Part shown: piece by piece, positions 34,141 through 36,992 of the stretch | Position numbering within the stretch: the first letter of the stretch is position 1 | Layout: each line of letters starts with the position of its first letter | Origin: a virus | Taxonomy: Duplodnaviria > Caudoviricetes | Reading direction: 5' to 3' (one strand) | IMG/VR virus record: IMGVR_UViG_3300037424_000758 | Coordinates: 1 to 36,992 of that record | DNA length: 36,992 nucleotides | Translations under genes and position numbers: made by a program | Notes under the pieces: generated by a model | Seen by the model: only the letters and a program-made list of their open reading frames with translations | Database searches by the model: none | Told to the model about the DNA's origin: nothing

Positions 34141-34959
34141 ATGCCATCATTTCCAACCTCGGCCAGCAAGGCCAACTGCGACGCCTCGACCGACGATCCA
34201 AAGCTGGCGATCCTCACCGACCTGGCCACGCTGATCGACAAGTTCAACGACCTGCTGCTCACCGTCCAGCCGCTGGACGCCGAACTGTCGACGCTGGCCC
34301 TGATGAACACCACCCGCGTCGCCGAGATCGCCGCTCTGTCGGCCTTCATCGGCGGGTTGCTGGACGATGCCGACGCCCCCACCGCGCTCGCCACGCTGGG
34401 GGCCCTGCTCAATGCAACTGTTGCGCTGACAGGCGCGACCACGGTGACCACATTGCATCGCGGCAAGCTGCTCGACTGCACCAATACCTGGACGCTCTCG
34501 TTCACCGCAGCCGCCACCATGGGCGTGTGCGCGTTCGCCTACCGCAACAGCGGCAGCGGCACCATCACCCTCGACCCCTCCGGCGGCGAGCTGATCGACG
34601 GCGTGGCCACGCTGGCCATCGGGCCGGGCGAGTCGGGGTTCGTGTTGTGCGATGGGGCGGCGTTCAAGACGGCCTGCAAAATAACCAATCCAGGTTTTGG
34701 GGAGGCGGTTACGTCCCCGACCCGCGCGTTCAATACCAATTACACCAACACGGATAGCCGCCCGCGATACATAGCTGTGGTCGGTGGATACGGATCTGGC
34801 GCAACCATGACGTTGGTGCTCGATGGAGTCACCGTCTGCCGAGGGTACGCATCTGGCTCGGCTGAAGCATTAATCACGTATGAGATCCCGGTAGGCTCAG
34901 TGTACAGCGTCACGGCCACCGTGATGGTTCTCACCACATGGACTGAACGACTAAACTAG
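34141..34959 (+). CDS. Tail fibre / receptor-binding protein
   Basis: LLDDADAPTALATLG repeat motif; position after J-like gene. Confidence 0.7.
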   Translation: MPSFPTSASKANCDASTDDPKLAILTDLATLIDKFNDLLLTVQPLDAELSTLALMNTTRVAEIAALSAFIGGLLDDADAPTALATLGALLNATVALTGATTVTTLHRGKLLDCTNTWTLSFTAAATMGVCAFAYRNSGSGTITLDPSGGELIDGVATLAIGPGESGFVLCDGAAFKTACKITNPGFGEAVTSPTRAFNTNYTNTDSRPRYIAVVGGYGSGATMTLVLDGVTVCRGYASGSAEALITYEIPVGSVYSVTATVMVLTTWTERLN

Positions 34960-34972
34960 ACTAGGTGGGGAT

Positions 34973-35269
34973 ATGAAATATTTCAAAGACAACGCCGGAA
35001 AACTATATGCCTATGCTGCAGATGGATCTGAGGATAGCTGGATCAAGCCAGGCCTGACTCAAATTACAGATATTGAGGCGCGCGTTATTCAGCAACAATC
35101 ACCGACGCCGGACGAAATAATATCCGAAGCAAAGCAGCGCCTCAAGGAAATCGACAGGGCCAGTATTCGGGCTATACGGGAATGGCTTATAAAGCGCCAG
35201 GACGCGCCGCAGGTGCTCAAGGAGCATGAGGCTGAAGCGGTGCTTGAGCGCGCGAAGGTCGTCCCCTGA
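34973..35269 (+). CDS. Tail-fibre assembly-like protein
   Basis: MKYFKD...YAY...LKEIDRASIRAIRE; follows the fibre gene. Confidence 0.6.
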   Translation: MKYFKDNAGKLYAYAADGSEDSWIKPGLTQITDIEARVIQQQSPTPDEIISEAKQRLKEIDRASIRAIREWLIKRQDAPQVLKEHEAEAVLERAKVVP

Positions 35270-35326
35270 AAGCGGGCCTCCAGAATCGCCGTGGCGCGAT
35301 TTAATCCTGGCGGCTGGGGCCTTACC

Positions 35327-36925
35327 CTATCCGTCGACCATTCGCCCCGTCTCACGATCCACCCGCAGCCATACCTGCCCGCCCCCACGCGCGGTGATCT
35401 CGATCTCGGCCACCTTGCCGTCTGCCACCCCGGCCGGCTCTCCCCTGTGCCAGACCACGATGCGCTGAAAACTCGCCCGCACCAGTTCGCGCGCCCGCAG
35501 CCGCGGCTCGGGCTCCAGCAGTTCAACCCCTTCCATCAGGTCGAGCCACTGGCTGGCGAATTCCGGCGAGGCGGCGGGCTTCCAGCCGGCCAGCTCGCGC
35601 TCGGCCGTTGCAATTTCGGCGCGCGCGGCGTCGGCCTCGGCTTCCATCGCGCGGATCTGGCGCATGACGGTGATCGGTGCCGGGCCGTCGTCGTCCAGCA
35701 GCACGCGGCCGAGCTTGTCGAGCTTGGTGTCCAGAGCGGCCAGCCGCCGCCGCGCCGCCGCCAGCCCGGCGCGCAGGCTGTTGCCCGCATCTCCGCCGGA
35801 TAGCAGCGCATCCATGCGCAGCTGGTCGGCGCAGTACCGCATCAGCGCGCGCTCGATCGGCGCGGCATGGATTGACCCCTGCACGCTGCAGCCGTGGCCT
35901 TTGGAATGGCGGGTGCACATGAGCCGCCGGTGTCCGGGCCACGGCCTGCCGTCCGGCATGCGCGGGCGCCCCATCTGGTTCTGCGACGCCATCGCCGCGC
36001 CGCAGTAGCCGCACACGGCAATGCCCATGCCGGTGAGGATGCTGGGTATTTCGCCCACGCCGCGCTTGCCCTTACGGCGGTCGAGCGCCAGCTGCAGGCG
36101 GTCGAATTCGTCCGGCGTGAGCAGGGCGGGGTAGTAGCCCTGCAAATGATACGTCTCGCCACCCACGGCAATCTCGCGCTCTCCCAGCAGTAGCCGTTTG
36201 CGCAGCGTCTTGTACAGATGCGCCGCCCCCAGCGATCCGGATTCCGTTGTCGCCATCCCCCGCGCCGCCAGCTCGCGCATCACCTGCACCCCGCCCAGCC
36301 CGTCCAGAAAGCGATCGACCGCAAAGCGCAGCGCCGCCGCGCGATCAGGCACCAGTTCCCACGCCTTGCCTATGTGGCGCACCCAGTGCGGGTCTTTCCC
36401 CACCCGGATCACCCCGCGCCAGGTGCCCGCCTGCCAGCCTGCGCACTGCCGACGTATCGCCGCGCGCACGCGCTTGGATTTGGTGTCGCTCTCCTCGTGC
36501 GCGCGCGCCATCACAACCAGGGCGCCGAACAGCTTGAACGGATTGGCTTTGATCTCGGCACGGCTGTACTCTTGCCCATCCACCGCCGTCACCACCGTGA
36601 CCCCGGCATTGATGATCTGCGTCAACTGCGACAGCGCGTCGATAGGCTCCGCCCGGCTCAGCCGGTCCAGCGCCTCCACCACCAGCACCGACCCCGCATC
36701 CACCATCCCGTCCTCTATCGCCCGCAGGAACAGCCCCAGCGCGCCGTGCGTCACATGCCGCTGGTGATACCCGCTCAGCCCCTCGTCGCGCAGCGACAGC
36801 GCCTCGTCCAGCGCCAGCCCATGCTCAGACGCCCACCGCTGCGCATAGTCCGCCTGCCGATCCGCCGACGACCCCGCCGCCTGCTTCGGGTCGCTGAAGC
36901 GCAAATAGCTGTACACTTTCGGCAT
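35327..36925 (-). CDS. Large serine recombinase (integrase)
   Basis: YSYLRFS catalytic Ser, VEALDRLSR, recombinase domain, CGYCG Zn ribbon, coiled coil. Confidence 0.95.
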   Translation of the reverse strand: MPKVYSYLRFSDPKQAAGSSADRQADYAQRWASEHGLALDEALSLRDEGLSGYHQRHVTHGALGLFLRAIEDGMVDAGSVLVVEALDRLSRAEPIDALSQLTQIINAGVTVVTAVDGQEYSRAEIKANPFKLFGALVVMARAHEESDTKSKRVRAAIRRQCAGWQAGTWRGVIRVGKDPHWVRHIGKAWELVPDRAAALRFAVDRFLDGLGGVQVMRELAARGMATTESGSLGAAHLYKTLRKRLLLGEREIAVGGETYHLQGYYPALLTPDEFDRLQLALDRRKGKRGVGEIPSILTGMGIAVCGYCGAAMASQNQMGRPRMPDGRPWPGHRRLMCTRHSKGHGCSVQGSIHAAPIERALMRYCADQLRMDALLSGGDAGNSLRAGLAAARRRLAALDTKLDKLGRVLLDDDGPAPITVMRQIRAMEAEADAARAEIATAERELAGWKPAASPEFASQWLDLMEGVELLEPEPRLRARELVRASFQRIVVWHRGEPAGVADGKVAEIEITARGGGQVWLRVDRETGRMVDG

Positions 36926-36943
36926 GGTCAACACCCCACACGG

Positions 36944-36992
36944 TTGCTGAAAGTGGCGAGTATAGCTTTTATATCTTTAGGTTGTCCGAAGG
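36944..36992 (+). other. rimO: Probable prophage att junction; reading frame encodes a RimO-like N-terminus
   Basis: + frame reads (L)LKVASIAFISLGCPK, matching the SLGCPK motif at the start of RimO methylthiotransferases; only 16 codons visible. Confidence 0.6.

Larger units (their letters stand above)
1..36992. mobile_element. Temperate siphovirus / prophage (left end truncated)
   Basis: Lambdoid-style module set: immunity, replication, packaging, HK97-type head, non-contractile tail, lysis, serine recombinase. Confidence 0.95.

Noticed and set aside
34141-35269. Diversity-generating retroelement or invertible tail-fibre switch
   Set aside because: No reverse transcriptase, template/variable repeat pair or inverted crossover sites seen
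35327-36925. Recombinase as the integron integrase for the attC array
   Set aside because: It is a serine recombinase; IntI enzymes are tyrosine recombinases, and none is visible in the window

Overview
Near-complete GC-rich temperate siphovirus or prophage with an HK97-type head, probably from a proteobacterium. It is truncated on the left inside a DNA methylase gene and ends on the right at a probable attachment site in the host rimO gene. The order is: leftward early accessory operon (1-6.4 kb), immunity region (pL, morons, XRE repressor, cro), initiator tRNA-Met, CII-like, SSB, DnaB, replication initiator with iterons, Q-like regulator, HNH/terminase/portal/protease/capsid, an accessory methyltransferase fusion and an SGNH gene, lysis genes, neck and tail genes, and a large serine recombinase. 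The most striking feature is the first 5.1 kb, an array of 12 integron attC-type sites separating phage accessory genes. Ten of the 11 complete cassettes have mutually complementary core sites at their two ends. All resident ORFs run antisense to the normal cassette orientation, many take start, RBS or stop signals from the attC sites, and no integron integrase is present in the window. One cassette gene (PAPS-reductase-like) is split by a 507-bp transposase-less element with terminal inverted repeats and an 8-bp target duplication, which carries a Gp49-family passenger gene. All protein family calls are from motif recognition and gene context, not database searches.
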